From: an uncultured Planctomycetia bacterium
GTDB lineage: Bacteria; Omnitrophota; Gorgyraeia; Duberdicusellales; 4484-171
Direction of reading: 5' to 3'
DNA: 32,000 nucleotides
NCBI GenBank assembly: GCA_964536865.1
Contig: CAZHYN010000014.1
Coordinates: forward strand, 11,157 to 43,156
How positions within the stretch are numbered: the stretch's first letter is position 1; each line of letters starts with the position of its first letter. Positions 1-9,699 of this stretch are shown one piece after another. A program made the position numbers and the translations under genes. The notes below the pieces were generated by a model, which worked only from the letters and a program-made list of their open reading frames with translations, did no database searches and had not been told where the DNA came from.

Positions 1-1546
1 GTTCTCTCTTTAAGAGAAGTTCTTTTAAGCAGGGTTTTTCTATCTTTAACCTTTCCTCTAAAATTTGCGCTACCTTCTCAAAAAGTTCTTCATAAGAAAT
101 TCTTTCTTCTATAATCATTATAGGGCAGTCCTCTATAACTTTATCAAATCTATCCTTAATTACCTTATCTCTTTTATGAATAATCTCTTTTAACTCCTCT
201 TCCAAAGAAGTATCTATTAAATCTTTAGAAGTAATTCTTTCTACTAAATGGATTATTGCTGACTGTCTTTTTACTTTCCTCTTTACAACAAAGTAATAAG
301 TAAGGGCACTAAAGATTAGAAATCCTAAACTTATCAAAATGGCGACTGCCCCCATTTCTACAATTAAAAAAATGTAGGAAATAATTGCGAAGATTTGGAT
401 ACCTGGATAAAAAGGAGATTTAAATGTAGGACGGTAATTTATTATTCTGCCTTCTCTCATTATGATTACCGCTACATTTGTAAGAATGAAGAGAATAAGC
501 ATTAAAGTAGATGCTAACTTTACCAAATTCTCCAAATCTAAAAAGATAATCAAAATTAGCATAAAGATACCTGTAGTGATAACTGAAATATGAGGGGTAC
601 TATATTTTTTGGAAAGTTTAGAAAAAATGTTTGGAAGTAACTTATCTTTTGCCATTGCTAAAGGAATACGTGAGGAAGAAAATAATCCCGCATTGGCAGT
701 AGTTAGAAAAGCTATCAAAGCAGAAAATGACATAATTATCCCCAAAGGAAGACCAGCTAATTTAATTCCTCCATGAGTTAAAGGAGTCAATGTAGAGAGC
801 AATTCACCTTTGGGTAGGATTCCTACAGTTACATAAACTGCACCTAAATATACAATCTCTACAGCCAAGAAAGAAAGGATCATACCTAAAGGAATGGTAC
901 GATGGGGGTCTTTGGTATCTTCAGCTACAGAAGCAACTTTAGTTAATCCTCCATAGGAGATAAATACCATCCCCGCCACTGCTAAAATCCCCTTAAATCC
1001 TCCCTTTAAAAAGGGAGTATAATAATCGAAATTTACTCTATTCATCCCTAAAATAATATAAACTCCCAAAGAAAGAAAAAGAAATAAAACTAAGTACCTC
1101 TGTAAATTAGCAATCCCTTTAATACTTATTATGTTAAGAAAAAGAAAAATTAGGCAAAATATACTAGCAACAATTTTTATCTGAAAGTAAGATATGCCCC
1201 CAGTTATGTACTCTAAGAATGCTCCTATTCCTACCAAAGCGAAGGCGCTCTTTAATCCTATTGATAACCAGTTAGCCAAACCAGCAAATATTCCGAAAAA
1301 GTATCCTAAACTGCGTTCAATAAAGAAATACGTTCCTCCTGCCTTAGGCATAGCAGAGGCTAATTCCGCTTTAGAGAATATAGAAGGAATCATAAGGACT
1401 CCTGCAACGAAGTAAGAAAATACTATGGAAGGACCTCCTTTGAAGTAGGCAATACTAGGAAGGATAAAAAGGCCACTGGAAATCATTGCTCCACTAGCAA
1501 TACAAAAGATGTCGAACAAATTCAGATTCCTTTTTAACTCCCTCAT
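1..1546 (-). CDS. APC-superfamily amino-acid/polyamine permease, 3'-partial (runs off the window start), with a soluble C-terminal tail resembling the first half of a PTS EIIA (Ntr/Fru-type) domain
   Basis: Missing from the ORF track because it is truncated by the window edge. I read the minus strand by hand from ATG at 1546-1544 and found an open frame to position 1 (about 515 codons). It begins MRELKRNLNLFDIFCIASGAMISSGLFILPS...ELASAMPKAGGTYFFIERSLGYFFG. About 12 hydrophobic spans typical of APC permeases follow. The soluble tail (roughly nt 290 to 1) reads ...DRFDKVIEDCPIMIIEERISYEELFEKVAQILEERLKIEKPCLKELLLKRE. Confidence 0.8.
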   Translation of the reverse strand, partial: MRELKRNLNLFDIFCIASGAMISSGLFILPSIAYFKGGPSIVFSYFVAGVLMIPSIFSKAELASAMPKAGGTYFFIERSLGYFFGIFAGLANWLSIGLKSAFALVGIGAFLEYITGGISYFQIKIVASIFCLIFLFLNIISIKGIANLQRYLVLFLFLSLGVYIILGMNRVNFDYYTPFLKGGFKGILAVAGMVFISYGGLTKVASVAEDTKDPHRTIPLGMILSFLAVEIVYLGAVYVTVGILPKGELLSTLTPLTHGGIKLAGLPLGIIMSFSALIAFLTTANAGLFSSSRIPLAMAKDKLLPNIFSKLSKKYSTPHISVITTGIFMLILIIFLDLENLVKLASTLMLILFILTNVAVIIMREGRIINYRPTFKSPFYPGIQIFAIISYIFLIVEMGAVAILISLGFLIFSALTYYFVVKRKVKRQSAIIHLVERITSKDLIDTSLEEELKEIIHKRDKVIKDRFDKVIEDCPIMIIEERISYEELFEKVAQILEERLKIEKPCLKELLLKRE

Positions 1547-1570
1547 TATGGATATATTATATCAGGGAAA

Positions 1571-4411
1571 TTATATTTTGCATAAACTAGAAAAAGCACA
1601 TCTCTCGCAGTATTTTTCATCATCGGCATCGGCTTGAAAAGGAATACTGGGATTGAGTATCTCTTGGGCAATAAATTTAAGGGATGGGAGAAAATAGGTA
1701 TTAATAACTTCCTGACGATCAATATTTCTATCCTTAAAAAGATATTCTATCTTTAAATCTTTTAAAAAATATAAGGAAGCATTAAGCTCTATTCCTTTAA
1801 GCTCTGGGCTCTGCAAAAGATAAATATATATAGGTAGCTGAAAGGATACAATTTCTTCTTTAATTTTTTTTCTGTCAGAAGGAAAGGTTAAGTTTTTAAT
1901 CTTAGGCAAGGATACCGAACTGCCTGTTTTGTAATCTACAATTACCATTTCCATCTGATCATCTTTTTGAATTATTTCTGCTCTATCTAAGGTACCTTTT
2001 ATCTGAAGGGTAATTCCATTCAAAGTCAAAGGCTTAGTGAAAGTTTTTTCTACAAAAACTATCTCTTTTACTTCTTTTCTGTTTTTTTCTTTTGCCAGAA
2101 ATTCCCTCAACCTAAAATAAAGAACTTCCTTAAGAAGAAAAGCATCACTTTTCATCGTTCTTTCAAAATGCTGATAAAACCTCTCCTCAAATATTTTGAA
2201 AAAGAGGTTTTCATATTTTTTATTAAAGGATGGTTGAGAGCCTATAAAGTGTGAGTAGAATTCTTTCAAAAGAAGATGAACAAAGTTGCCTATCTCTTTA
2301 GATTCACTTTCTTCTAATATATCTTCCCTTTCTTCTAGTCGCAGTACATAAGCATAAAAAAATCTTAACGGACATCGAAGATATACATCAAAAGATGTAG
2401 GAGAATAAATCATTTCATTCTTAAGGTAACGTAGAATGTTTTCGTTCTTTTTTATAATTTCTTTCTGAGGTTGAAGTTTTATAAAGAAACCCACTCTCTT
2501 AGAAGATACAGCCCCTAAAGAGGATCTTCTTTTTTCTTCTTCCCAGATAATTTCTTCAACAAATCTACTTTTTTCTTTATCTTGAGATTCCTGCCAAATT
2601 AGATAAACATTTTCTGCTGACCCAACTACTCTCTTAAAATGATACCGTGTAATCTCTTCAGTTCTTTCCAACCTATCTATTCCTAAACTTAGGAAAATCT
2701 GGCGAGGAATTAACGGTTCGTATACTTTAACGGCAGGATAAATTTCTTCATTAACATCCATAACTATTACATTTCTAAACTTTAAAGATCTTGTCTCAAA
2801 CACTCCTAAAATTTGTAAACCCTTTAAGGGAGAGCCGACAAAATTTATAACTTCGTTACGTAAAATCTCTAAGAAAAAATCAAACATCTCTTCTCTTCTT
2901 GTTTTCTCATTCATAAAAGAAGCTAACTTTAGTTCTTCAGTTATCTCTAAAATTTTTTTAACAACTCCTAAATTAAATGAGTAGAAAGACACAAAGCTAA
3001 AATCTATTAGAAAATTAAGAAAATTTTCTAAAATCAGAGAAAGCTGATAAAAATTTTCCACATTTTCAAAATTACGGAAAAGGAGGTCATGAAATTTTAA
3101 GATAATTTCCTTAAGTTTATTTTTTTTAATACTAATAGATAATTTTTCTAGGGTTTCAATTATTGATGAATGTAAAGCCTGATTTTTTTCTATCTCTTTA
3201 AGATCTATAAAGACTCTCTTGCTTAAGGTAACTTCCTCCTCCATACCTAAAAGATATTCCTCAATCTTATGCACTATTACTCTAGTCAACGCAGGTTGAT
3301 AATCGTCAAACTTTATATTTTTTGTGTAAGGAAAAGTCAAAACTTTTAAGTAGTCTTTAGTGTAATATAGATTATCTTTTCTTGTTTTCTGAGCTTCGAA
3401 AACTGCTCTAATCAAGGCGTAGATAGAGCTACGTTTTAGAGGATAACCCAAAGAAACATTAAATTCCTTAATATAAGAAGTTAATTCAGAAAGGAGAGGT
3501 ACAAGATTATGAGGTTGTGGTAAAATAATTACTGTATCATCAACTTTGTTAATCTTTCTTATTATTTCTCTTACTATCCCTACTTGAGAGTGATTATCAA
3601 ACGCAGAATAAAAATAAAATTTTGGTAGATTGTGATAGTCCTCTCTCTTAAGAGAATAACCTAAAACTTTTTCTAATTCTTTAAAAGTAGGCCATTCTTC
3701 CTTACTTGTATGAAAGAAAAGCACAGCCTTTCCTTTATCTAAAAGATTCTTAATTATCTCTTTCTCAGAAGCATGAAGGTAAAAGAATCCACAGAAAATT
3801 ATTTCTTTAAAATCTTCGCAAATCAAATCTTTGGTTAATTGTGAAGTTAAAAGGTAAGCATATCCTCGAGTGAATTTCCCCCTTTCCCAAAGAATCTTGT
3901 GAAAATTTTCTCGAATCTTTTTAATTCGAGAGAGTAAGATGTTAATACTTTGAGAAGTTTCATAGCCAATCTCAGCGTTTTTTTCAACTAAATGAAGATC
4001 GTCGTCTGTTTTCTTCTCTAAATCTAACTCTTCCAAAAAAAGCAACAATTCCTTTATCCAAGGAAAGAATCTACAGAAAGATTCATTTTTCAAAAAATGA
4101 GGGACTATCTCTTTACTTAAATTAAACAGAAGATAACTAGCATCTAAATCAGATATTTTATTTAACTGAGGATATGTTTTTCTCACAATATATTCAATGA
4201 ATCTATCCATAGAAAATAACTGAGGAGGGAAGAAAGATTGACCTATCTTGCTGGCGAGAGATTTTCTTAAGAATAATAATGGGCGCTTGCCTCCAAATAC
4301 TACAGCAATATTAGATAAATCTTTGTTGGTTCTGTAGTGTTCTTCGTAGAGATATTCGGCTACTTTCTCTATAATATCCACAGAAAAAGGATAAGTAAAA
4401 ATTCTATTCAT
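1571..4411 (-). CDS. addB: AddB/RexB-type helicase-nuclease subunit (inactivated helicase-like N-terminus, PD-(D/E)XK nuclease with Fe-S cysteine staple)
   Basis: 946-aa ORF with a 4-nt ATGA overlap onto the addA stop. C-terminal nuclease motifs are GTLDRAE, VIVDYKTGS and QLPIYIYLL. The AddB-style cysteine set is present: YLRCPLRFF upstream plus terminal CERCAFSSLC (CxxCx5C). There is no intact Walker A at the N-terminus (VVFGGKRPLLFL). Confidence 0.8.
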   Translation of the reverse strand: MNRIFTYPFSVDIIEKVAEYLYEEHYRTNKDLSNIAVVFGGKRPLLFLRKSLASKIGQSFFPPQLFSMDRFIEYIVRKTYPQLNKISDLDASYLLFNLSKEIVPHFLKNESFCRFFPWIKELLLFLEELDLEKKTDDDLHLVEKNAEIGYETSQSINILLSRIKKIRENFHKILWERGKFTRGYAYLLTSQLTKDLICEDFKEIIFCGFFYLHASEKEIIKNLLDKGKAVLFFHTSKEEWPTFKELEKVLGYSLKREDYHNLPKFYFYSAFDNHSQVGIVREIIRKINKVDDTVIILPQPHNLVPLLSELTSYIKEFNVSLGYPLKRSSIYALIRAVFEAQKTRKDNLYYTKDYLKVLTFPYTKNIKFDDYQPALTRVIVHKIEEYLLGMEEEVTLSKRVFIDLKEIEKNQALHSSIIETLEKLSISIKKNKLKEIILKFHDLLFRNFENVENFYQLSLILENFLNFLIDFSFVSFYSFNLGVVKKILEITEELKLASFMNEKTRREEMFDFFLEILRNEVINFVGSPLKGLQILGVFETRSLKFRNVIVMDVNEEIYPAVKVYEPLIPRQIFLSLGIDRLERTEEITRYHFKRVVGSAENVYLIWQESQDKEKSRFVEEIIWEEEKRRSSLGAVSSKRVGFFIKLQPQKEIIKKNENILRYLKNEMIYSPTSFDVYLRCPLRFFYAYVLRLEEREDILEESESKEIGNFVHLLLKEFYSHFIGSQPSFNKKYENLFFKIFEERFYQHFERTMKSDAFLLKEVLYFRLREFLAKEKNRKEVKEIVFVEKTFTKPLTLNGITLQIKGTLDRAEIIQKDDQMEMVIVDYKTGSSVSLPKIKNLTFPSDRKKIKEEIVSFQLPIYIYLLQSPELKGIELNASLYFLKDLKIEYLFKDRNIDRQEVINTYFLPSLKFIAQEILNPSIPFQADADDEKYCERCAFSSLCKI

Positions 4412-7400
4412 TTTACTTCTAAAAACTCCCGATTATCAAGGAATACTAAGAATCCTTTAACCTTCTTATTTGGATAAAGAGGTGAAATTATTTCCATATA
4501 TTCTTTGATCTGCTCTTGATGAAGACCTAACTCTTCATGAGTACTTTTGTAATCTATAACCCAAACCTCTTGGGGAAAGATTATCAATCTATCAACTCTT
4601 TTAAGAGATCCTTTTTTATCTACAATTTCTTTCTCATTAGAAATCACACACTGAGTAGGTAAAGCAAAAAACCTTTTCAATCTATCCTCTTCCAAAATAT
4701 CTTTTAACCAATGTTGAATTTCTTCTTTCTCTACTCTATTAGGATATTGATAAAGTATTTGCCAACTAATCTCCTCAATAAGTTTTTCTAAATCCTTATC
4801 TTTAGTATTTTTTACTAAGGAAAGAGCCTTATGGATTACTTCTCCTTTAAAAGCAGCATCCTTATATTTTAAATCCTTTCGAGAAATAAACTCCTCCCCC
4901 ATATATTTGCACCAGTCTTGGTATAGGGAAAGAGGAATAAATTCTACTTGGTAAATTTTCTCTTTCTCAAAATAAGGTCTCTTTTTACCCCAGGTTAACT
5001 TATTTTCCTCATCTAAAATTAACTTCTTTGCTAAATTGATAATATTCCCTTTCCTTTTAGGAATAAAAATATATAACTCCTCTTTAGCTCTTGTTAAAGC
5101 TACATAGATAACATTTAGCTCATCAATGAGAGAACTAACTAACTCTCCTTGATATATTTTTTTCAACTTAGATGAGTAGGGAGTAAAATCCTTTCTTAAA
5201 TAAAGAAGGAAGAGATTTTCGCCTTCTTCAAAAATTACGCTGGAGTCACCTTTTCTTTCCTGCCAAGAAAGAGTAAGTACTAAAAAAGGAGTTATTACAA
5301 CCTCAAATTGCAATCCTTTAGCTTTATGGATAGTTAAAACTTTTACTGCCTCTGTATTTTCGGGAACTGATACAAAAAAGTCTTCATCTTTACCTTCCTG
5401 AAGATATTCTAGAAATTCGTTAATAGTAGTGATTTCATCTTCCTCTTCTTTTTTTCTTACTACCTCTAACAATTTCATAAAGAAAGCCTGGAAGTGAGGA
5501 AAATTCTCTAAAATTTTTAACCTATCGAAGATACTAACTAAAAATTCATAAAGCGGTAGGAAACCTACGCTTTTGAAGAATTCTTCAAAGAAATTTTCCC
5601 AAAGTTGAGGGTATTTTTGAGAAAAAAAACGATAAAGATAGCCCAAACCAGAGTACTTAAAAACAAACTCTGTGAGTTCTTCTTTGCTTTTATGAGAAAC
5701 TGTTAAGAATATCTCTCCTAAAATAAAAGAAGCGAAGGACAAATTATCAATAGGAGAACTTAAGAATTTAAGTAGAGATACTATTTCTTTTATAAGATAA
5801 TTCTCTCGAATATTTAAAGTGCGCTCCGACTCTACAGGAAAACCCTCCTCGATAAGCCAACTAGTTACCTTTCTTACTTCTTCATTCTCTCGTAAGAGTA
5901 TAGCTATATTATTTAAAGGGAGGGCTCTTTTAGTTAATTCTTTAATCAAAGAAAATAACTTCTCTTTTATTAATTTTTCACGGTTTTCTTTAATATCCTC
6001 GTCGATAAATTCTGTGTACACATAACCAGCATTCTTTTGTTTAATCCAATTTTGCTTTACTCCTTTAAAATTGTTTAAAATTGAAGGGAAAAATTCTCGA
6101 TCTATTTTATCTTCTAAATGGTTCAAAAAATTCTTTAGGTTACGAGAAGAGAAAACTTTATTATTAAACTCCACAATTGCTCTTTGGCTTCGAAAATTAG
6201 TAGATAAGAATTTCTCTGAAACATGAGCTCTATACCTGAATTTCTCTTTTACCGCATCAAAGAGAGAAATATCTCCTGCACGGAATCTATAAATTGCTTG
6301 TTTTTTATCTCCTACATAGAATAGAGAGCCTCCTCTGGAGATTGCCTCCTCCACTAAAGGTTCTAAATTGCGCCATTGAATACTACTGGTATCCTGAAAT
6401 TCATCTACGAGATAATGGCTAAATTTAAGAGCGAGCCGATAGTAAATTCCACTTATACCAATTAGACTTTCTTTAAGAAGAATATTTACTTTACTATTTA
6501 TCTCCTCTAAGAATATGATATCCCTTGCTTCTTTTAGCTCCTCTAAGTCTTTTAGAGTCTCAGAAAGGATATCTATATATAGATTGAAACGAGAAAGAGC
6601 ATAAGATTCATAAAGGTTTCTTACTTCTTGACGAATACTTCTCCAAAGAGGGGTAATTTCTTTACCTGGATGAGCAGATTTTACCACAGGCAACTTATCT
6701 TTTTGGAGATGTCTGGAAATGATCTTCAAAGATTTAAATATATCCTTTTCTTGTAGAGCTTTTCTTAAACTCTTTTGAAATGTCTTGTACAAATATGGTA
6801 TTTCTTCCAACTCTTTTAATTTTTTCCTTAAATTATCTATGTTTCTTTTTAAATCGTAAGGAATCACTTTCTTAGAAAAAACCTTCCCTCTTAAATTTGA
6901 TTGGTAGAATAAGAAACTTATGATTCTTAAGATGTCTTTTTTCGGAAACCAACTTGCCTTGTTCTCTATTTCTAAGTAATGTTTCAAAAAATTTTTAATC
7001 AGCTTATTTAGACTCTCATCCCTTTGAGTGCGTTTAATAAATTCTTCTAAGGCATACTCTAAGTAAGGAGAAGGGTTCTCTACTATTTTAAAATAAGGAG
7101 ATCTTTGCAAGAAGTAACTTGAACTGTCCATAAGGGTTTTTAAAAAACTATCTATGGTCTTTACTTGAAAATAGTTGTAATTTTTTATCAATTGTGAAAG
7201 AACGGTGTTAGCTTTTTCTTTAAGAAGAAATTTTTCGTTTTCCAAAAAAGCTAAAATTTGTTCTTTCTCTTGGGGAGAAGAGAAACTGTCTAAAGCTATC
7301 TTTTTTAGCCAGTCAAGAATTCTTAGCTTCATGTCTTGAGCAGCTTTATTAGTAAAAGTTATTGCTAAGATTTCTTTGGGACTCACAGGAGGATCATAAG

Positions 7401-7500
7401 AAAGAAGTAATTTAAGATACCTCAATGCTAAAGCATGAGTCTTTCCGCTACCTGCCGAAGCATTTACTACTAAAACTTGTGAAGAAGGAGTTTCTCTCAT
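4408..7500 (-). CDS. addA: AddA/RexA-type ATP-dependent helicase-nuclease (UvrD/Rep SF1 helicase with C-terminal RecB-family nuclease)
   Basis: 1030-aa ORF. Walker A is NASAGSGKTHAL and motif II is LVDEFQDTS. Late helicase motifs are TIHKAKGLQFEVV and YVALTRAKEEL. The C-terminal nuclease motif is RVDRL...VWVIDYKST. The gene directly precedes and overlaps addB. Confidence 0.85.
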   Translation of the reverse strand: MRETPSSQVLVVNASAGSGKTHALALRYLKLLLSYDPPVSPKEILAITFTNKAAQDMKLRILDWLKKIALDSFSSPQEKEQILAFLENEKFLLKEKANTVLSQLIKNYNYFQVKTIDSFLKTLMDSSSYFLQRSPYFKIVENPSPYLEYALEEFIKRTQRDESLNKLIKNFLKHYLEIENKASWFPKKDILRIISFLFYQSNLRGKVFSKKVIPYDLKRNIDNLRKKLKELEEIPYLYKTFQKSLRKALQEKDIFKSLKIISRHLQKDKLPVVKSAHPGKEITPLWRSIRQEVRNLYESYALSRFNLYIDILSETLKDLEELKEARDIIFLEEINSKVNILLKESLIGISGIYYRLALKFSHYLVDEFQDTSSIQWRNLEPLVEEAISRGGSLFYVGDKKQAIYRFRAGDISLFDAVKEKFRYRAHVSEKFLSTNFRSQRAIVEFNNKVFSSRNLKNFLNHLEDKIDREFFPSILNNFKGVKQNWIKQKNAGYVYTEFIDEDIKENREKLIKEKLFSLIKELTKRALPLNNIAILLRENEEVRKVTSWLIEEGFPVESERTLNIRENYLIKEIVSLLKFLSSPIDNLSFASFILGEIFLTVSHKSKEELTEFVFKYSGLGYLYRFFSQKYPQLWENFFEEFFKSVGFLPLYEFLVSIFDRLKILENFPHFQAFFMKLLEVVRKKEEEDEITTINEFLEYLQEGKDEDFFVSVPENTEAVKVLTIHKAKGLQFEVVITPFLVLTLSWQERKGDSSVIFEEGENLFLLYLRKDFTPYSSKLKKIYQGELVSSLIDELNVIYVALTRAKEELYIFIPKRKGNIINLAKKLILDEENKLTWGKKRPYFEKEKIYQVEFIPLSLYQDWCKYMGEEFISRKDLKYKDAAFKGEVIHKALSLVKNTKDKDLEKLIEEISWQILYQYPNRVEKEEIQHWLKDILEEDRLKRFFALPTQCVISNEKEIVDKKGSLKRVDRLIIFPQEVWVIDYKSTHEELGLHQEQIKEYMEIISPLYPNKKVKGFLVFLDNREFLEVK

Positions 7501-8496
7501 TTACATTTAATTTCTTTAATCTGGTAAGAAAGTTCTCCTATGCCTAAATTGTGGGCATAGTGAAATTGGTGAGAATACTCTATATGGAGATAAAACTCCT
7601 TTATAATATCTTTATCTTCTCGTTTATTCAGAAGATCTACTGTTGCCTTATCTAAGGCCATAGGACCAAAACTAAAAAAAATACCTAAATCTCCTACGAC
7701 CTTTTCTTCTCTTTTATTCATACAATCACATTCTTTAGTAAAAATAAAGGCGAAATTAAAATACACACACCTTTTATTTTTAATAACTGCGTAACATATT
7801 CTACTATCCTTTCTTGAAGAATTTAATAGATCTCAGATCAAACTATCTTAACTGCTCCTACTGGACAGAGGCTTATACATTGAGCACACCTAATACATAA
7901 CTTCCTATCTATAATGTAATCTCCTTGAGAAGTTTTCTTAATACATTGGACAGGGCAATTTTCCTTACATATACCACTCTTGAAGCACGTCCTATTCCAA
8001 TATTTTTTAAAGTAGCGCTGAATCCTGTAAGAATATGTCCAGTAGGATGTGAAACAAATATTATGTAATCTAAATCTTTAATTATAGAAGCTATAAAACA
8101 GTGAGAAAAATGTTTTTTATTAATGTTTATCTCTATATAATCATTACCTTTTAATCCATCCCCAATAATAATCGGAATCCCCAACTTACCAAATTCATGT
8201 TGATAAGCAAGGTTAATATGATCTACAGTATTGGTTCTCTGGCTTCTATATAAAGTAGTAGTATCGGATAGAAATACTTCAGCTCCTATTCTTTTTAGAT
8301 ATTTAATAAGAGGAGAGAGAAGTTTAAGAAGAAGATAAGAGGTATTACCCTTTTCGCCAAAGTGAACTTTAATTCCTACAAAATCATTTTTTTTTATAAG
8401 TGAAGAGAGATTTGATTCTTCCAAAGTATTAAAAAGAAAATGAGGGTTCTTTAGCGCATCCTCTAAAGTGAGGGAGAAAAAAAAGACCGAGCTCAT
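7497..8496 (-). pseudogene. Frame-disrupted DUF362 / 4Fe-4S ferredoxin-domain Fe-S protein (COG2768-like), split over three reading frames
   Basis: The N-terminal frame (8496 to about 7981) carries DUF362-type motifs: VGIKVHFGEKGNTSY, LSDTTTLYRSQRTN, GDGLKGNDY, SHPTGHILTGFSATLKNIGIGRAS. A second frame (about 7990 to TGA at 7840-7838) reads SGICKENCPVQCIKK...IDRKLCIRCAQCISLCPVGAVKIV and contains one perfect CxxCxxCxxxCP motif. A third frame, open from 7832 to 7497, reads ...RICYAVIKNKRCVYFNFAFIFTKECDCMNK...ATVDLLNK...LGIGELSYQIKEI and resembles the family C-terminus. Codon first bases are 0, 1 and 2 mod 3 for the three segments. Confidence 0.55.
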
Positions 8497-8849
8497 TCTC
8501 TTTTAAAAAACTGCTCCTTTAATTTTTGAAAGTAGTAATTGACAAATTTGAGTTCTTTGTCTTGTTCAATATCGATAATTTGGGCTCCGATTAAATATCC
8601 ATCCTTTTCATTTATGAATTCCGACCAAACTACTGCTACTTTCAAACTTACTGAATCAAGCTCTTGAGGGAGAAAATAACTGATAAGGAGAACTTGACCC
8701 TTATTCCATTTCAATTCTGAAAAGAAGCATATTCCCATCAGACTTAAGTTAAGAGAAGTTCCCTTCACAAACTTTGCTAGTTCATTCAAAGGTCGAATCT
8801 CTAAAAAATCTCTTACTTCTAACCTTAAAAATCGTCTTTGATTATCCAT
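8493..8849 (-). CDS. PilZ-domain protein (putative c-di-GMP receptor)
   Basis: 118-aa ORF. The N-terminal RRFLRLEV sequence matches the RxxxR motif. GTSLNLSLMGICF matches (D/N)xSxxG, at the usual spacing for PilZ. The stop overlaps the next gene's start by 4 nt. Confidence 0.75.
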   Translation of the reverse strand: MDNQRRFLRLEVRDFLEIRPLNELAKFVKGTSLNLSLMGICFFSELKWNKGQVLLISYFLPQELDSVSLKVAVVWSEFINEKDGYLIGAQIIDIEQDKELKFVNYYFQKLKEQFFKRE

Positions 8850-8858
8850 AGGAATTTA

Positions 8859-8886
8859 ATTATACCATACTACTAAACAATAGCAA
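8859..8886 (-). promoter_or_regulatory. Candidate sigma70-type promoter with extended -10 upstream of the PilZ gene
   Basis: The minus strand reads TTGCTA (8886-8881), 16 nt, TGG-TATAAT (TATAAT = 8864-8859). Only 9 nt (TAAATTCCT) separate the -10 from the ATG at 8849, and there is no Shine-Dalgarno. This implies a nearly leaderless transcript if the promoter is used. AT-rich background raises the chance-match rate. Confidence 0.35.
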
Positions 8887-8924
8887 CTTACCATTTAAAT
8901 ATCGATCTTATATAATCTTTTGCT

Positions 8925-9668
8925 TCATAAATTAAGTTTTATCCCCCGCTTCCTTAAGTTATTAATTACAAAAGGATAAACTTCTAGGTATTCAATTTCT
9001 AAATCTTCAGGATTTATGCTATAACTCTTCAATTTTCTCTTTACCTCATTAATCTCTTGACTATTAAAGAGTTCGGAAATTATCGCTGGCCAAGCTATAA
9101 TGTTATTCTCCAGAAGTGCTCTCAAACCTTTAAAAGGTAAACTAAAAAACCTTGTCTCCACACCACTTATTTTAGCAAAATTAAACTCATTAGTTCCCTT
9201 TAGTGAAACCCTTACATAAAGATTTTTAAATTCGGATAATTGCTGAACAAACGTATCTTCTAAACCTAAAAATAAACCATTAGTTTCTAGGATAAAACAA
9301 AAATGCTTTTTGCTTTTATTAATCTTATTTAAAATCTCATAAAGATGGCAGAAACTAGCATGTCCTAAAATCGGTTCTCCCCCAGTAATCCTTAATTTAG
9401 TGATACTCTTTGAGTGAGCCATAAAAATTAATCTTTCTGCTACTTCAGTAGGAGAATAAAAATCACCTTTACTCTGATGAGGATTTAAATTTCTTTGATA
9501 ATTCCAGCAGTAAACACACTGAAAACAGCAACCTACTACGTCAGCAGTAGCTATACCTCCATAATAAGGAGCAAGACGGAAACGATAGTACTTTCTCTTA
9601 TCTCCTCTAATTACTAAATCTTCTACTTGTTTGGCTTTCTCTAAAGGGTTAAGTAAAGAGTATTGCAT
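8925..9668 (-). CDS. Radical SAM protein of unknown specific function
   Basis: 247-aa ORF with a CxxxCxxC cluster motif in ATADVVGCCFQCVYCWNY. A GGEP motif (ITGGEPIL) is typical of SAM-binding radical SAM cores. The YYRFRLAPYYGGIATAD lead-in resembles small archaeal/thermophile-type radical SAM proteins. Confidence 0.8.
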   Translation of the reverse strand: MQYSLLNPLEKAKQVEDLVIRGDKRKYYRFRLAPYYGGIATADVVGCCFQCVYCWNYQRNLNPHQSKGDFYSPTEVAERLIFMAHSKSITKLRITGGEPILGHASFCHLYEILNKINKSKKHFCFILETNGLFLGLEDTFVQQLSEFKNLYVRVSLKGTNEFNFAKISGVETRFFSLPFKGLRALLENNIIAWPAIISELFNSQEINEVKRKLKSYSINPEDLEIEYLEVYPFVINNLRKRGIKLNL

Positions 9669-9699
9669 TTAATTGGAATTTTAGCTGATGGAGTAAGAA

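Noticed and set aside
1571-7500. The UvrD-like helicase-nuclease plus large PD-(D/E)XK nuclease pair might be a novel anti-phage defence module.
   Set aside because: The motif content matches canonical AddAB. AddA has a full SF1 helicase and a RecB nuclease. AddB has an inactive helicase-like N-terminus, a nuclease and the CxxCx5C Fe-S staple with an upstream Cys. No other RecBCD/AdnAB-type enzyme is seen in the window, and no defence-island neighbours are present. The unusual points are minor: addA precedes addB and the AddB Walker A is degenerate.
8002-8008. The slippery-looking heptamer A-AAA-AAT is in the correct frame within the broken DUF362 gene. It could mediate programmed -1 frameshifting into the ferredoxin frame.
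   Set aside because: The zero frame continues to match conserved family sequence (KNIGIGRAS) for about 9 codons after the heptamer, so the frame change must occur further downstream, near 7975-7985. The second junction (about 7833-7845) has no X-XXY-YYZ site. Two independent disruptions plus apparent sequence loss fit decay or sequencing error better than recoding.
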